Below are positions 1 to 15,500 of a stretch of 64,000 nucleotides of DNA, one piece after another; the first letter of the stretch is position 1; each line of letters starts with the position of its first letter. A program made the translations under genes and the position numbers. The DNA is from Isurus oxyrinchus (lineage: Eukaryota): assembly GCA_026770705.1 (NCBI GenBank), contig JANJGN010000034.1, positions 4,526,001 through 4,590,000 of the forward strand, written 5' to 3'. The notes under the pieces are model-generated. The model was not told the DNA's origin. It worked only from the letters and a program-made list of their open reading frames with translations, and ran no database searches.

Positions 1-2390
1 CCCCAGGTAGTCAGAGGGAAATTTAGGAGCACATATGTGTACACGTTGTGGAATTGTGTAAAAATAATAGCAGTACGGGCATTTCTACTTTGCCAACATT
101 AATTGGGGCTGACAAATTGTTAAGTGCTTGGGTAGTGGATTTCTTCAAATGTGTAAAGCAGAATGTTTAGATCAATATGTAGATTGTCCAGCAAGTGGCG
201 GTACATTACTCGACTTAATTCTAGGGAATGAATCCAGACAGGTGGCTGAGGAGCTGGTGGGCGAGCATCTTAGCAGTAACGACCACAACATGATGAATTC
301 TAAGTTAGTATTGGACAAAGAAATCAATAGCTTGCAAAAAAAAAAAAATGATTCGGGTTGGGGAAAGTGGATTTTAGTAAAACAAGGCAGCACCAGGCCA
401 AGTTAGGGAAATGTTACTTGTTGTGAGCTCTACAGAAAAACTGTTGTGGCAGTTGAAAAATGAAATGGAGCAGGCACAGGCTCACCATGTTACCTCCAGG
501 GTGATAGGAAGTACTAACAAGCCCAGTATAGCATGGATGGCTTGATATATTCAGACTGTGATGAGAAACAAAATATAGGCTTTTAGCAGGGGAAAGGGAA
601 GCAACTCAGCAAAAGCATTAGTGGAGTACAGACAGTGTAGGGTGCAGGTTAAGAAAACAATTTGGAGTGCAAATGCGGAAAGGAGAATGCTGTGGCAGGT
701 AAAAGTAGGGAAAATTCCAAGATAAATTATCAGTATTACAATGGGAATATGATAATCAGCGAAATAGTAGGGTCCTTATGGGGCCAAGGGAGCAATATAT
801 TGGTAGAGCCAAAGGAAATCGCTAGAGAATTCAATGAATACTTCACCTCCATCTTTACCCAAGAGAATGAGAATGGAGGTTTCGAACTCGGGGAGAGAGA
901 CTGCGAGCTTCTTATGCAAATTGATCTAGGGAGTGACAAGGTATTGCAGCCATAAATTTGGACACATCTCCAGATCCCGGTTATTAGTGTCCCAGACTGC
1001 AGAGGTAGGCAAAGGAGGAGATCGCAGTGGCTCTGACACGAATTATTACATGCTCTCCCGCCACGGGGGAGGTGCCAGACGTTTGGAGATCCGTTGATGC
1101 GGTTCTGCTCTTTAACAAAGGTTGTAGAGATAAGTCAGGGAAATTCAGGGAAGTGGGCCTCAAATCAGTGGCAGGGAATCTTTTGTAGAAAGTTCTGAAG
1201 GTGAGTATCTATCTCCACTTGGAGAGCCAACGTTTTATAAGGGATAGCCAGCATGACTTTCTCAGAGTGAGATCATGTCTATCAAATTTGTTTATTTTTT
1301 TTGAGGAGGTGACCAAGTGTGTAGATGAGAGTAGAGCAAATGATGCAGTTTATATCCATCTGAGTGAAGACTTTGACAATGCCCCACATGGGATATTTAT
1401 AAAGAAGGCAACTGCACATGGGACAAAGGGTATTTTGATAAGATAGATTCAAATTTTGCTTAGTTGTCGGAAGCAGAGTGTGATGACAGAAGGATGCTTT
1501 ATTTATTGGAAGCCATTGATGATTTGCGTAACACAGGGCTCTGTGTTCGGTCCCCTCATCATTTATCATTTATATAAATGACATAAATGCTTCCTTCGGG
1601 ATTGGACCAGTGTGCTTGCGGGTGACAAAAATATTGGCCGGTTTGTTGAATGTGAGGTTCAGTGAATTGCGATACAGGAAGATATAGTCATGATGATTAA
1701 ATGTGCAGATAAGTAGGAGTTGGAATTTAACCCTGAAAATTGCGAGCTGATACACTTTGGATGGATTATCTGACAAGGATGTATTCAATGAAAGGTTTGG
1801 CACTAGGACGTTTCGAGGAACACAGGGACCTTGGCGCTTGTGTCCATATATATCTGCAGACAGGGGGGCACATTAGTGGCGTGATGAAAAGGTCATATGG
1901 GGCAAGTGCCTTTATTATTCGAGCTGTAGTTTACAAAAGTAGGGAGGACAAGTTGGAGTTTTAAGAAACTTTGCGATGCCATAGCTGGAGTGCTGTGTAA
2001 AGTGTGCAGTTCTGGTCTTTCACATTATAGGAAGGAAATTATTTCACTGAAAAGGGTGCAGCAGAGTTTCACCAGGATGCTGCCTCAGGTGAATGACGTA
2101 TGTTAAGAAGAGAGGTTTGATAGGCTAGGGTTGTTTTCATTGGAGCAGATAGGAATGAAGGGCGACCTGATCGAGGTTTACCTGATCTTGAGGGACACAG
2201 CTAGAGTGGATAGGGAGCAGCTGTTTCTCGTAGTTGACGGGTCAGGCACACGGAGGCATAAGTTCAAGGTGAGGGGCCGGGGTTTAACGGGGACTGTGAG
2301 GAAAAATAATTTTTACTCAGAGCGTGGGGACGGTCTGGAATGCACTGCCAGGGAATCTTTCGGAGGCGGGTTGCTTCACATCCTTAGCGT
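1..2390 (+). mobile_element. Decayed CR1-type LINE (ORF2 endonuclease end, reverse transcriptase, C-terminus)
   Basis: ORF fragments LLDLILGNE..HLSSNDHN, RDSQHDFLRVRSCLSNL..FFEEVTKCVD..DAVY..FDNAPHG and FSLEQ..GDLIEVY, broken by frameshifts and stops. Confidence 0.9.
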
Positions 2391-3547
2391 TACCTCACAT
2401 CAAAGCGTTAATCACTGCTGATCCCACAGCACATTTTTCAGCCCAATCTACCATTGTAGTTCTGACCATCTAATTTGTTCTAATGGGTGCAGTTTGACGC
2501 AGAACATGCTGAAAAGCGGCCATGAAAAATTAACTTGCATATTGGTAGGGAAAGTGCCAAACATCACGGCTAATTGGAGCAAGAAGCGTGACCTGATTCC
2601 GCAATTTGCATTATTTCTTCAAGTCTGCTAATCTTTAAACAACTATCTACCTCGGCTTCATTGCATTACAGAGGTGTGCATCGTTGAAACAGATCATTAG
2701 TTTCAAACGGCCTATGCCTCATATTTCTTTTGCCCCATTCGAGTCAATAATGACACGCTTGTGCACTTTATTAGGAGTACTGCTGTGGATTTCGACAAGG
2801 TGGGTGGAAATCAGGTTTTTCCCTAAGCTTTTCAGTGTTTAACTCTTCTCCATTTCCCCTGTCTCCTTTTTCCTTGGAACTTGAGGAAACCAATTACTCT
2901 CCCACAAAGCCTCTTTGGTAGGTAACAAAATGACCACTGAATCAAACTAATTAAACCGCGGGCTGTGTGTGAGATGGTGCGATGCTGGAGCGGGAGGGCG
3001 AGACGGGGTGGTGGCATTAGGAATTTGGCTATAGTGATGCCCTGATAGCGAGCTGTAATGAAAATCAAAGTATCAGAGGTCACTGACAAATTCAATAAAA
3101 TAAAAACACTCCCAGGAGTGATGATGCACCGCAGCCCCCGTGGTGCTGCCAATCCAGGAAGGCCAAATCTCTGACATATTTGCATTACTGCCATACTGAT
3201 TACTGGTATGTCACAGCTTTCCGTCAGTTTACAACTCTGGCTGAATCTCCAGCCGTTTAGGTTATGACCACTGCAATTGCTTCCGTAAAGCCTTTTCTAA
3301 GCTATGGTTATCTATGAAAAGACAATATTGATAAGCTACATTTTTAAATAATATTTTTTGCCAAAATATCACGGCTGCTTTTTGCCGTTTTGCTGAATCT
3401 GTTACCCACAACTTGTTGAGTCCGATTCTCTGTCATTTGCTAATAAATTTGAAGAACGGTTGGAAGTTAATGTCGTTATATATGAAGGTGATTTATTTAC
3501 AATTGTAAGTAATTAATGTTCTCAAAAATTCCTTTTCCTCTTCTCAG

Positions 3548-3583
3548 AGCTGACGGCATGCAAGAAATCCTTGAAAGAGTTAG
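3548..3583 (+). CDS. Micro-exon A1 (ELTACKKSLKEL)
   Basis: ttcctcttctcag|AGCTGACG..GAGTTAG|gtgaga, 36 nt. Confidence 0.85.
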
Positions 3584-6500
3584 GTGAGAAAAAGAGCATG
3601 TAGTTTACCTTTTCTCGCACCAAAGCACGGGAACAAGTTCTTTTCTTAAAGAAACGGAGCACATCTGACAAGGTTCTGGCTGTCTGTTCTGATCAGGGCA
3701 CATTATTGTTATGATTGACGTCTACAGATTTGAGAGGATTGTTTTACAGGAGATCTGCAAAATGTCATTAATTTACCACTTTCGTCCTAGTGGTATTGGT
3801 AAGGGGCATGAATAAATGCAGTGATGTAATATCTAGGTTACCATTCACTCCATCGTTGGCCTTTCAGCCATTTAATGGGAAAATGATCAGCAACCGCTAG
3901 TGCTTTCCAGAATTGTCTTTATGGTGATTAAATTTGCTTTTGCCTCCAAACGCCAATAATTTCTACTTTACAGAAGATAAGCTGAAGAGAAAGCAAAACG
4001 GTTTTATGTTTATAAATTCAACTCTTATAACCGCTTTCAAAGCCGTGTCTGCAATGGAGTGGAACAGTGGGAGGCAATTCAATTAGATGTACCACTTATT
4101 TTAATACATACATTTATTCATAATGTGTTAATATTCAGGAACAATAAATATTTCAAGAACAGCGGGAATCGTCCATCATGGCAATTACTATAAGCTTTTG
4201 ATGTTGCTGGTGATAATTGCGAAGATGTGAACGATGGTTACTACAGAATTTTAGATTTTCTTTTTAACATAAACAAATATACGATTTTGAACATGTATTG
4301 CAAAACCGTGGCGGAAATTAACTTTAATTATTTATAACTACTTAATACCTTAGAAGTTTCTATCGTTATTCTGAAAGGGTCAGTGTACTCGATCTCGGAG
4401 GCATGTGACTTGTTTACAGGCGAACAAAAATACATCTATTTGCCTTCATTGGAAAAGGGGAATGAAGGGAATTATAAAGTAGGTAACATCCAATAGATAC
4501 ACAAAAGTGATTGCATTAACACGGCAACATTATTTATTTATTTTGAGATGTTACAAGAAATTAATATCATAACGTGCTTATCTGCACGAGTGCTGAATAA
4601 TATTTCATATCGGCCACCAATGCCTTTGGCCTGCTGTGCAGGAGGAAACATATTCGTGAATATGCTTCCACGGTTTATTATTTACCTTCCAGAACTGGAC
4701 GATATCAAAACAGCCACCAATGGCTCAGGTGAGTAACCATGGAGGACTGGATTGGGTATCCCAATTGGTCAACAAATCCAAATTGACGAGTGCAGTTCCG
4801 CAAGCAGATTCTGAGGTGAAATTACCTCAATGAAAGAGACTGTCTGCTGGGGTTTGTGAGTGATTTATTTTGTGCAAATATTTGAGACAAAAACAACGTG
4901 GAGTTCTCCTGAAATTTAGCTGATCGCTCATATTTATTTCAGGTAACAAATGAATCAACAGTGAGGAGGCAGTTGGCTGGGTTTAGTTTGGCATTGCAAA
5001 TTCACTTCTGTCAACTGTTATATTGCAACGTAAAATGTTGACGTTGAGGGAAATGAGAAATAGGAGATGAGTGCAAAATGTCATTGATGAAGATTCTACC
5101 CTGTCTGACAAAATGACAAATTCCAACAGGAAATACTGAAGAGCAAATAATATGAAGCTTTTAGAGCATGAATCATTTGGCATGAACAAACACTCTTCAG
5201 ATGGACATTCCCCAGCAGAAATTGATATGTCACGAATAAAGATTGCAAAATATGTTTGTAGACGTCCAACCGCTCAGATGACGGAATGTAACCCAAGGTG
5301 GCATTTTGGGGAAAACCCCAAAAGCTTTTCTGGCGTTATGGGCTGCATAAGAACGTAATAAATATGAACAGGAGCAGACCATTTTGAAGCACGAGCCTCT
5401 TCCGCCATTCCTAAGGTCATGCCTAATCTTCTTGTGTTCGATGTCCACATTCCCTTTGAACCGCGATAATCTTTGTTTGCCTTGCCTAAATGCAATTTTT
5501 CTAAAACTACCTTAAAAGCATAAAAGACACCGCATCCAACAACTGCTAATGCATAAGGTCCGAAGTCGCACAACCCACTGAGGGGCAAAGGATCTCCTGA
5601 TCTCTGCCCTAAAACAAGGAACCTACTTTACAATAAAAAGAAATCCCTCCTAGTTATGATCTCACACACAAGAGTATGCATTCTTTCGACGTTCACTTTG
5701 TCAAGGCCATTCAGGATTAAGGGATTAAGTAATCTTCAATAAAATCACCCCTCACTCTTCAGAACTCCAGTGAAAATAAGCCGAGCATGGCCAAACTTAG
5801 CTCATTATGACATCCCACTCCTCACTAGTGTCAAGCTAGTACACCTCATTTGAAACACCTCAAATACAATTGCACTGTTTCTTAAACAAAGAGACGAAAA
5901 CTGCACACAGTATTTGAGGTGCAGTCTGAGCAATGCCCGGTACACCTGAGGCATAACGTCCTCAATCCCTGCCATAATAAATAGCAACATTCCATTAGCC
6001 TACCCAATTCTAGCCTCACCTTAAAACTGACCTGTTTGACTAATGTGCTAGAACACCTCGGTTCCTCTGCACATCAGAATTGTGAACCCGATCTCCATTT
6101 AAGCAGCAATTGTTTTTATTTGTTGCTCACTCAGCCATACGTGAACAACTTCACATTTTTCTACATTTAACTCCATGTGCCAGGTCTTTGCCCCGTCGAT
6201 CAACCTACCTACATCTACCTGCAATTTCTTCAGGTCCTCGTCACAAAAAGACATTTCTACTTTTTTTGTGTCATCTGCAAAATTAGCTACCATGTCTTTA
6301 CACCACTCATCGAATTAATTCATGTAAATCATAAAAAGTTGAGGTCCGATTAGATAACCCTGTGGGACTCGACTCATCTTATTTCGCAAATTTGCAAAAT
6401 GGCCCAATTGTGCATTCTCTAAGATTTGTTCCAACCAGCCAACCTTCTGCCCATTTTGGTATTTTACACTCTTAACCATGCGTTTTTATTTTCCATAATA

Positions 6501-9500
6501 ACCTTTGATGTGGCATCTTATGAAATGTATCCTGAAAATCCAAGTGCAGCACACCCACACGCTCCCCTTTATCCACTGCGCATGCAACTTTTTAAAAAAA
6601 TCTTCAATAAATTGTTTAAAGGATATTTTTCTTTCACAATTCCATGATGAATCTTTCTGATTGCCTTGAACTTTTCTACGCGCCCAGCTAAATCCTCCTG
6701 AGTGATCGATTCAAATTTCTCCCCCGCGTCAAGTATGTTCCACCCCTTAACAACAGTACGGAGGTTAAATGTGCTAATCACTTATTCAGATTATTTTGTA
6801 CTCTTTTACTTCAAGCAAATTTAGAGTTTCGTTACAGATATTCACTCAGAGCCAACTTCGCAAAGCTAGCTACTTATTTATAAGCTGAAAACGTGAAGCC
6901 CTTGGGCCATCAGAGAAAATGCCGAAATATCATTTCCATTCTCTCAGTCTGAGTCTTTCCAATAAAAAGCGCCGGATCTTTAACAAGGCCGAAGTTCAGT
7001 TTCTTAATTCTTTCTTTTTGAAGGAAATTGATAAGTTTTTTTATCGTCACAATGCAGAATTTGAGGCTTGCAAAAAAATCTGCAGATTAAATATCGCTAT
7101 TCGTTGGTTCTTATTCATTCGAAAACTAACATTGCTTAACTCTATACACTTTTACCTTGACACCTCCTTCCAGTGTTCTTGTGTTGCAAAGCAAATGCAC
7201 ATCACATTTCTCTGTAACGCTTTTCCCCAAAGTCGTGTTGACCGAGATTTATACCCGTGGCATTCAGCCCTGTGAAGTTTGTTCTTGTGTTCGCATTGAT
7301 CTCTAGTTAAACACTTGTGGTTCCTCTCAGATAGACATCACGAGTATATATCGAGATGAGGCAAGTTATCCGCTCCAAAATTCACTTAGAATTTGGGAGG
7401 CCGGTGCTTAGCTGCAACTGTCTGTCTTGGCTTTGTTACTAATTGAAAACAACTATTGAAAAAAAAGGCCCAGTCTTGAAATTATGCGTTCACCACGATT
7501 TTCAATGATGCATGACGTTTGGGGTCGGGGGTGTGGGTGTGGGGGGTGGGGGGCGGGCGTGAGGTGGGGGGGTCGGGCGTGGGTGGGGGGCGGGCGTGAG
7601 GTGGGGGGGGGGGGAGTTGGGGGGGTGTTCTATTGTTTTCTCCGAACACCTATTGACCCAACAATTAGTCTGCATAAACTCTTGAGTTTATGTTTGTGTT
7701 TTCTTTTGTGTCATTATTTAATGTTTCGCCAATCAGTGGGAATTTCATCTAACCAACCAAATACTTCATTTTTGAGGAACACGTGAATTTGATCACCGAT
7801 CAGCTTTGTGTGCTCAAATTTATTTAGGGTTTTTACTGAAAATTCAATTGCATAAATGATTTTTTAAGACTCGTTCTTGTTTTGAATTTACAATCCACTC
7901 CATGGCTAATCAGATGCTGAGCCAGAACTGAAGGCAGGAACGTCAGTAGGGTAATATCACAGATCTCTTTAACTGAAATAGCAAGGTGCGTAGGAAATCA
8001 AAGTGTCGCAGGCACCTTTTTTTTGCACAATATTTGTCCTGTATTTTATTTTTTTTAAATACAATGTAAGAGAAAAATAAGCGACATCAAAAGAAGGAGA
8101 TGAAATGATTGTGATACCATTACTTAACAGCGGCAATGAAAGTCATAATGTTCTTGAATTTTCATCTTTGGATGAACAAGCTACGGAAATGATTTTTGGG
8201 GGAGATCAGTGGACGGGAGTTGTTGAAGTAAATGCTGCTTTTGCCGGTTTTGCCGGTCAGATGATGTTGTGCTTAGATCTGATCCGGCCTTCCTGCTTTA
8301 ATACTTTATGGCACTGTCCAGGACTTGTATGTTCACAGGATATGAAAGTAGAAGACTGTCAGCGTGATGCCTCCATTCAATTTAAAAGCTTTTGAGCCTG
8401 AATGGCAGCTAAAGCATTTTTATCGAAATGGGAGGGGGATTTTCAAAGACCTGAACGAATAGCTGCAGAGGGTCAGTAGCGTATGTGTTTTCGGAATTAG
8501 TGCATCAATCCAGAAACTTTCCAAGGATTCAATGCCAATTCCACCGCCCCACACCCATTACCAGCACCCCCCCCCCCCCCCCACCGCCCCACCCCGCCGC
8601 GTTCCCTCTTCCCTTTTCCAGGTAACTTACACAAATGCTCTAAAGGATATTTTGGCTGCTTCCGTATTCTCGCTGACATACACTTGACCAATGTCACCGT
8701 TGCCACAGGCTGTTTATAATCTGGTCGTTGGAACTGCTTCCCTGATATCTCCTCTTGGCATTTTATTGTAGATGTATTTCAACACTGCATATTAGCCAAG
8801 ATTTGGCCAGATATCCCATAATGTAAATTATGACTCTTTGTCACATCTGTTGCATATAAATTGACGTGTAGGGTTCTGTGCATTTTGCAATACATTTGAT
8901 TGGCTATTTTTTTTTGAGAAACCAATTTATGAACAGACATTGAAAATGCTGCAAATTAATATGTTCATAAGTTCCTTTTCCTAATTCCAGAGCTCACCAC
9001 ATGCAAAGAATCTTTGAAGGCATTAGGTGAGAACGTGGACATGGGTTATGTAAAATCTTGCCAGATGACATGGAGACGACTAATCTAAGAGAGAAACACA
9101 GCACAGATGGCATTGCTCTAGATTAGTTCTTTCTTGCACGGCGAAGAAATCTTAGTTCCATTGACTGCTAACAATCTAAATATCAGCCGATATTTATAAC
9201 AGATAGTCTGTAAGATGAGACCTTTTTACGACAATGGTCCAAGAGGTATCTGTGGGGTCACATGACTGACTACAGCGATGATTTATTGATTTCAGCAATA
9301 ACAACACATTGCTCTATATATTGTACAAGGCATAGAAATGCTCCGAAATTCTAACAGTTTTCTCCTTATACATCAATAGCGCTGCATTGTATTATTTTCT
9401 CTCAAAGTCAATTTGTTTAGCTTTGCAGAAGAAAAGCGAAAGCAAAACAAAATTGTATTAAAATTTGAAATTCAACTATTAGCAGTCCTCGCAAATAAAT

Positions 9501-12500
9501 TGCGCAGTAATTGTAATTCAAACAGCCCTGCAATTCAGCTTAATATGTAGAGTTAATTATACAACATTAATACTAACACAATAAATGTTGCCAGGTAAAA
9601 GCTAGGTCAGATGCTGGTGGCATTTGCCTGCTGAAGGAGGTGTTGCTGTAGGCGATCTGAATATGGGTCTATAACAAAATAGTGGGTAAATTTCGTCATA
9701 GCAAATTGCAGGAAACGAGACGATATTGCAAATTAAACAAAGAAAAATATTTTTGGTAACTGCTTCACACCTGAGAGATGCACACCGTTCATATGGAAGG
9801 TCACGTGCTACGTTCATCTTCAAAGGCAACATTAAAGTATATATGGCTTGGAATGCCTGAAGACAGTCGACCAAATTGCCCTTTCATTGACCAAAATGGA
9901 AAAAAATGAATAATGCTAAACACTTGAATACTTACTGATGAGGTGAGGATCAACTCATTTTAGTTACATAATTGATTAGAAGAAAATAAGCAGATATCGC
10001 AAACCATGGTAAGTCAATTGCTTAATTAATGCTATTGCATAATCAAACATCAGAATTCTGTTCTCTGCACTTATGCAAAAAGCTGACATCGTCCACCAAT
10101 GTTTGGGTCTGCTGTGCAGGAAAAAGGCAGGTTCGTACATATGCAATCTCTTGATTATTTATTTCTGAAACGATCTGTTCCTCATTCTTCAAGAGCTGGG
10201 AGAATTCAAAAAAGCCGCCGATAGACAAGGTTAGCAAATGAAGAAGATCGGGCACGGAATGGCTCCTGGTAAACTGATTGAAATGGTTGGACTGCAGAAT
10301 AGACGGCGATGTCAATGCAATTAAATCAACTATCTGATCCATGAGAGATCCGGTTATTTTTCTTTTTTACAAACTTACGAATGAAATTTGTATGGATGTT
10401 TAAATTTATTTCACATCCCAAAAGACCCAAAAGGGAGCAATTGTTTGTGACGGTTTGGGCGGGCGCGGCAAAGATGCAGATTCAACTTTGACAATTGTTA
10501 TGTGCGCACCCCACATGTTGACGTTAACCAAACTCAACTACGGGAGAAATCTCCAAGCACAAGCAATGGGTCTTTTTATCTTCTTATTTTTTCTCTTCCA
10601 ACAATGACAAATTTCACCGCTCTATGGTTGATGGAAATTAGATTTGAGCTGTTTTTCTCAGTATTAAATAGCATCAACAATGCAGTTCAGATTGACAGTC
10701 CATAAGATTAATTGACACATCCCAATTATAATTCAGAAATTTGATTATGCAAGTACAGCTGATCAGTTGAATTAATGAACAGACGGTAACATTTTGGAGT
10801 GGTACAAATAAGCATTCTGCCATTAGGGATATTTATCTTACATACATCCTCAGTAGCAACAGTGTGTTCCCTGCTCAATTATTCAATCAATTTCCCGTTA
10901 TTTTCTTTTGATGTGAGAAACATCGAAGAACTTTTTACAACATTGAATCAATTATTGATTTTCAAACGAAATTTTTTGACTGTGAACGGTTTCATGAAGG
11001 TTCTAGTGCTTATAACGACAGCATAGAAATACAGGATGTAGTGTGTGCTTATACCCAATAGAGAGCAGAGCAAGCTTCCGAAGCTTGGATATATGAAAAC
11101 TGTGTTTATGGTGGATTATCATAAATGGAACCAATGAATCACATATAAATGTCCTGTAGCGCATGGGAAAAAAAAATAGAAAACACATATGTGACGCCTG
11201 TTTATGCAATTTCAAAAGCCTACTCACATTCATGAAGCAGAACGAAGGTAGTGCAATTTAGCGACATCACAGTTCAACTAGATCGTCGGAAATCCCTAGT
11301 CAATTATTCCTGACCATCTTGTGATGTTTGTCTTCAAATCGCAGTATTAAATATCATGGTCTCCATTGTGAAATTGTGCACTTGACTTAACATTCATTGC
11401 TGTGCCTGTTCTATTCCATCACGTACCCGCTCTAGTCCCATCCCCACAACATCAGCGCACAACAATGACCATCTGGCATCACCTCGCGAAGTGTTATTCA
11501 TAACTTTAGCGAAGTTATTATTGTAGTATCACCCATGAGATGAATTTCCTTATGTCCATCAGAACTACCAAGTATTGCATTCATTTTGAAGACGTTTATT
11601 GGTTCACCCGATAACTATTGTTAGTGAAGTGAATTAATACATCTTCCTGTCTAACTGATTTGTGAGCAATTTCGAAATTCCTCTCCTTAATTGAGGTGAA
11701 TCTGCAGTACTTCATTTCCAGGTCACCTCCATGGTATACAGTTGCGGTATGGGTACTCCAAGCAGGATCATGAATTTGGTTGAACATGAATGAAATCTAA
11801 CTGCATAATTCAAATTACCCCCAAAGAATATATAAAAATTAATAATCTAATGCTCTTAAATTGACACAATATTGTCAAATTTATTTTTATTTAACTTCGC
11901 AGAGAAAGAAATAAAGTCAAAAAAAGGTGAACAATTATGATATCATGACTTTAAAACATTAATTCTTGTCATTTCCCTTTTACCCACAACTGAATAGCGT
12001 AGTATTGACTACTTTGTAGAGTCGTGGACGGGAGTTGGAAAACTGTTTTGAGAATTTTACGCTTTTTTTTTTAGATTCTGCTGAGCTTAGATCTCTGCAA
12101 TCTTTCCGTCTTTGATGTTGAACTTCACCGATGTCGGCTTCCATTGTAGGATGATAATCTTCTGCTGTGATGTATGTGAAATTCGTTCCTGCTTTGGTAA
12201 TTGGACGCAATCGATACTGAATGGCTGCAAAGACATTTCTCCTATTCTGAATGGGGAGGAAAATTCACGAATACCTAAGCTGATAAAGCAGGGGCAAGGC
12301 TCTGTCATTTTCTCGAAATTGTTACTACATTGTTCATAATCTATTACCGCCTAACTAGGTAGCGTATGCTGATATTTGTGAAAATGCATTAGGGAAACAC
12401 GGCAAGTGATTCAAACGATCAATGTCTGAGATTGGCGTTGACCAACACGCCCCCCTTGACAATTTAATGAGATTCATTGTTAGCAAAAAGTTGAAGCGTT

Positions 12501-15500
12501 CCTGATAATTGGAACAAAGACAACATCTCCCCACATTGCAGAAGCTGTCAAATCCTTCCATGCCATCCGACCCTCTTTCCTTGGAACTTAAAAAAAGAGA
12601 ATAACGTTCATATATTTGCACTCATCCAATCCTGACCAGTTGTCTATCACTGATTGCAGGTATTGTAATATGTCCGCCATACAAGTCTGTTTCGATGTTT
12701 ATCGCTCTTATGTTGTGGAATTCCTGATCAGACATGCCTTTGAGTAAATTTTGACCTCATGTTCCAAAACGACTGTGCTTTTTTCACACTTGTTGACCTC
12801 TGTAATTCTTTCAGTTCCTTTATGTTCCTTTAAAATGATTATTTATTGCAAGTTTTGCCATTAGCACTCAAGTTAATCATTGCGCAAATGAGTATGCTCA
12901 TAGGTGTCTTTTCTTCTTTCCTGAACTCAACTCATGTAAAGAATATTTGAAAGAATTAGGTATGAAAATTACCAAATGATATGAAGATACTCACACTGCG
13001 ACACGTTTTTGTTTAATCTGGATCGGGAACATAGTGCAAGTGATATTGTTTTAACAACGTTTCTCAACATGTCCCATTCATTTTAGCATTCACTTCTCTG
13101 CAATTAAATATCATGCGGAGTGGAACCAGGTGGTAACTAACATATTTCACCACATTTCCACTTCCCTTTAGCTCTGAAGAAGTCATACGAATTTCAAAAG
13201 TTAACTCTGTATTTCGGTCCATGGATGCCCTCAGACCAGCTGATTTTTCCAAGATTTTGTGTATTTTTTGTAAATAACATTTCACACATTTAGCACGTTG
13301 CCCTATTTGAAATTGATAGGAGCACATGGCTGAATTTAATGACTCTTTGTTCAGTACAACATCTCTTTGGCCTGTATTCCATGTGGGGCAGAAATACTCA
13401 GCAATTGTAATTTCCTTTGCAATTACATTTATGGCGATAAACTCTTTCCATCAAAGTGAATCAATTCTGCATTGCAGATATAAAGCTGAACGAAAAGGAA
13501 AAGTGTATTAAGTTTTGACATTCATTTATTATAAGGGTATGGATACCGCTGCTCGCACAAGGCGGCACAAGGGATTTTAACTCAATGATTCGTGCCATTC
13601 AGCTCAATAAGCATATTTAATTGTAGTTTGCAAATACTGAATTGCAATACATGTTTCAAAAGGAAGAAAAAATTATCCAAGCTCAATGCCATTTAACCTG
13701 ATACTCGGAATGTTGATGGTAACCCGATTATTTATAAAATTGACTTGCTTGCAACACACAATTAATCGATTTGGAACTAACGTTGAGAAATGAACCTTTG
13801 CAGTCTTAGTAATGGAAAATTCACTGTCATGATCTTTGGATATTTTTCGGGCTGAGGGAATATTGGTAGTGGAGTTCCACAGGGCTTAGTCTTGGGACAC
13901 TTCTTTTACTTTATACATTTATTAAATATCAGGACCTTGGTTTGCAGGGGAGAAATTCCAAATTTGACGATGATGGGAAACTTGTCAACATTGCAAAATG
14001 TGAAAGGGCAGTATAAATCCTCAAAAGGGCAGAGGCATGCAGGTGGAGCAGGCATATTGGCGTTAAATGAATTTCAATTCAGAACAAAAACCTGTGAACA
14101 TGTTAATTCCGGTGGGAAGAGCACGGTGAGAAAACACAAAATGACGGATGTAATAGCTGAAGGTGTGCAGGAGCAGAAGGAACTGTGTGTATATGCTGAA
14201 AGATAAATCAAGGTTGCAGCAGAGGTGGAGAAAGCAGCTGATACAACATACGTCATCCTGGGCTGTATCAATTTGAGCCTAGAGTACATGGGCAGGGTAG
14301 TTCTGCTGAATTTATGAAAAACTTTAAATGAGTAAAGGAATGTTTACACACAGCGACTTGCTCGCGTTTGGGATACAGTGCCTGGGAGTGTGCTGGAGGC
14401 ATTTTCAATCGAGACCAGTTGCTGATTATTTGAATAGAAACAACATAGAAGGGCACAGAAAACAGTAGCAGGATCACGGCAATAAGCAATGATGCTCATT
14501 TGTTGAGCCGGTGCAGACAAGTTGGGCTGAATGGCCTTCTTCTGCATCGAAAAAATGTTGTGATTCCGTTAAAACACTTAAACATCTGAATTGCCACTTT
14601 AGACCTGAGAGTTGGACATCAATCGTGTGAAAGGCGAAGTGTTATATTCATCTTCAGAGACAACTATATTTATGTTTATTGCTTCGAAAGTTTGCTTGCA
14701 GCCGGCACTGTTATACTTTCAGTCATCATCAATTGGAAAGCTCAATAATTGAAAATATTTGATCATTCACCAATTACATGTTTTCAGATGCATTTGATAT
14801 TCATAGGTGATTGGATATGCACAACAAATATTTTCTCTGAAATACGCAATAAATTGAGGTATATCATGCTGTTATGGCAAAGGAGCATCAAGTTGCTTTT
14901 CAATGCACTGTTGTCAAGCCGAATCTTTCTTTCAGCTACCGAGAGATTCGCCCTGATATGCAGCACGATGCAGGCTCTTCAAGTTACAGTCTATTGACTT
15001 GTTCATATCTGCTGTGACTTGTTCTTCTTGCCTCCTGAACTGGACGACGTTGCAAAAGCCGCCGGAAGCTCAGGTTGGCAAATAAAGAGGGCTCGCGGGA
15101 AATCAATCCTGGTAAACACAACGAAATGGAGGAGCCTAGTTTTGGCTACAGATTGTAAAGTGATATTGATGCAATGAAACCGAATGCAGGATGTGAGTCT
15201 TTTAGCAAGCGCCTGAGCCGCAAACAGAAACATGCAGTTCTACGAAAATCTTTGGGAAACTTCTCATTTAAAGTGCATTCTATTTGCCTCAACAGAAAAA
15301 AATGGTATTCGGGAGAGCTTGGGAGGGTGTTCTAAATATAGAGATTAATGTTTGACAATAATTACACGTACAACCAAAACTTTGACGTTAACAGAACTGA
15401 GCAGTGGGGGAAACCTGCAAGCGTTCATTGATGACGGAACTTTCGGTTTCTTTTTTCGTTCTCGTCCACCAATGACAAATTTCATCAGCACAAATCTGAT

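Noticed and set aside
128-2421. Cluster of + strand ORFs as a host gene or active retroelement
   Set aside because: They are frameshifted, stop-broken pieces of a CR1-type ORF2, and the RT catalytic motif is degenerate.
7484-7786. Gly-rich ORF
   Set aside because: It is the translation of a G-rich low-complexity tract.
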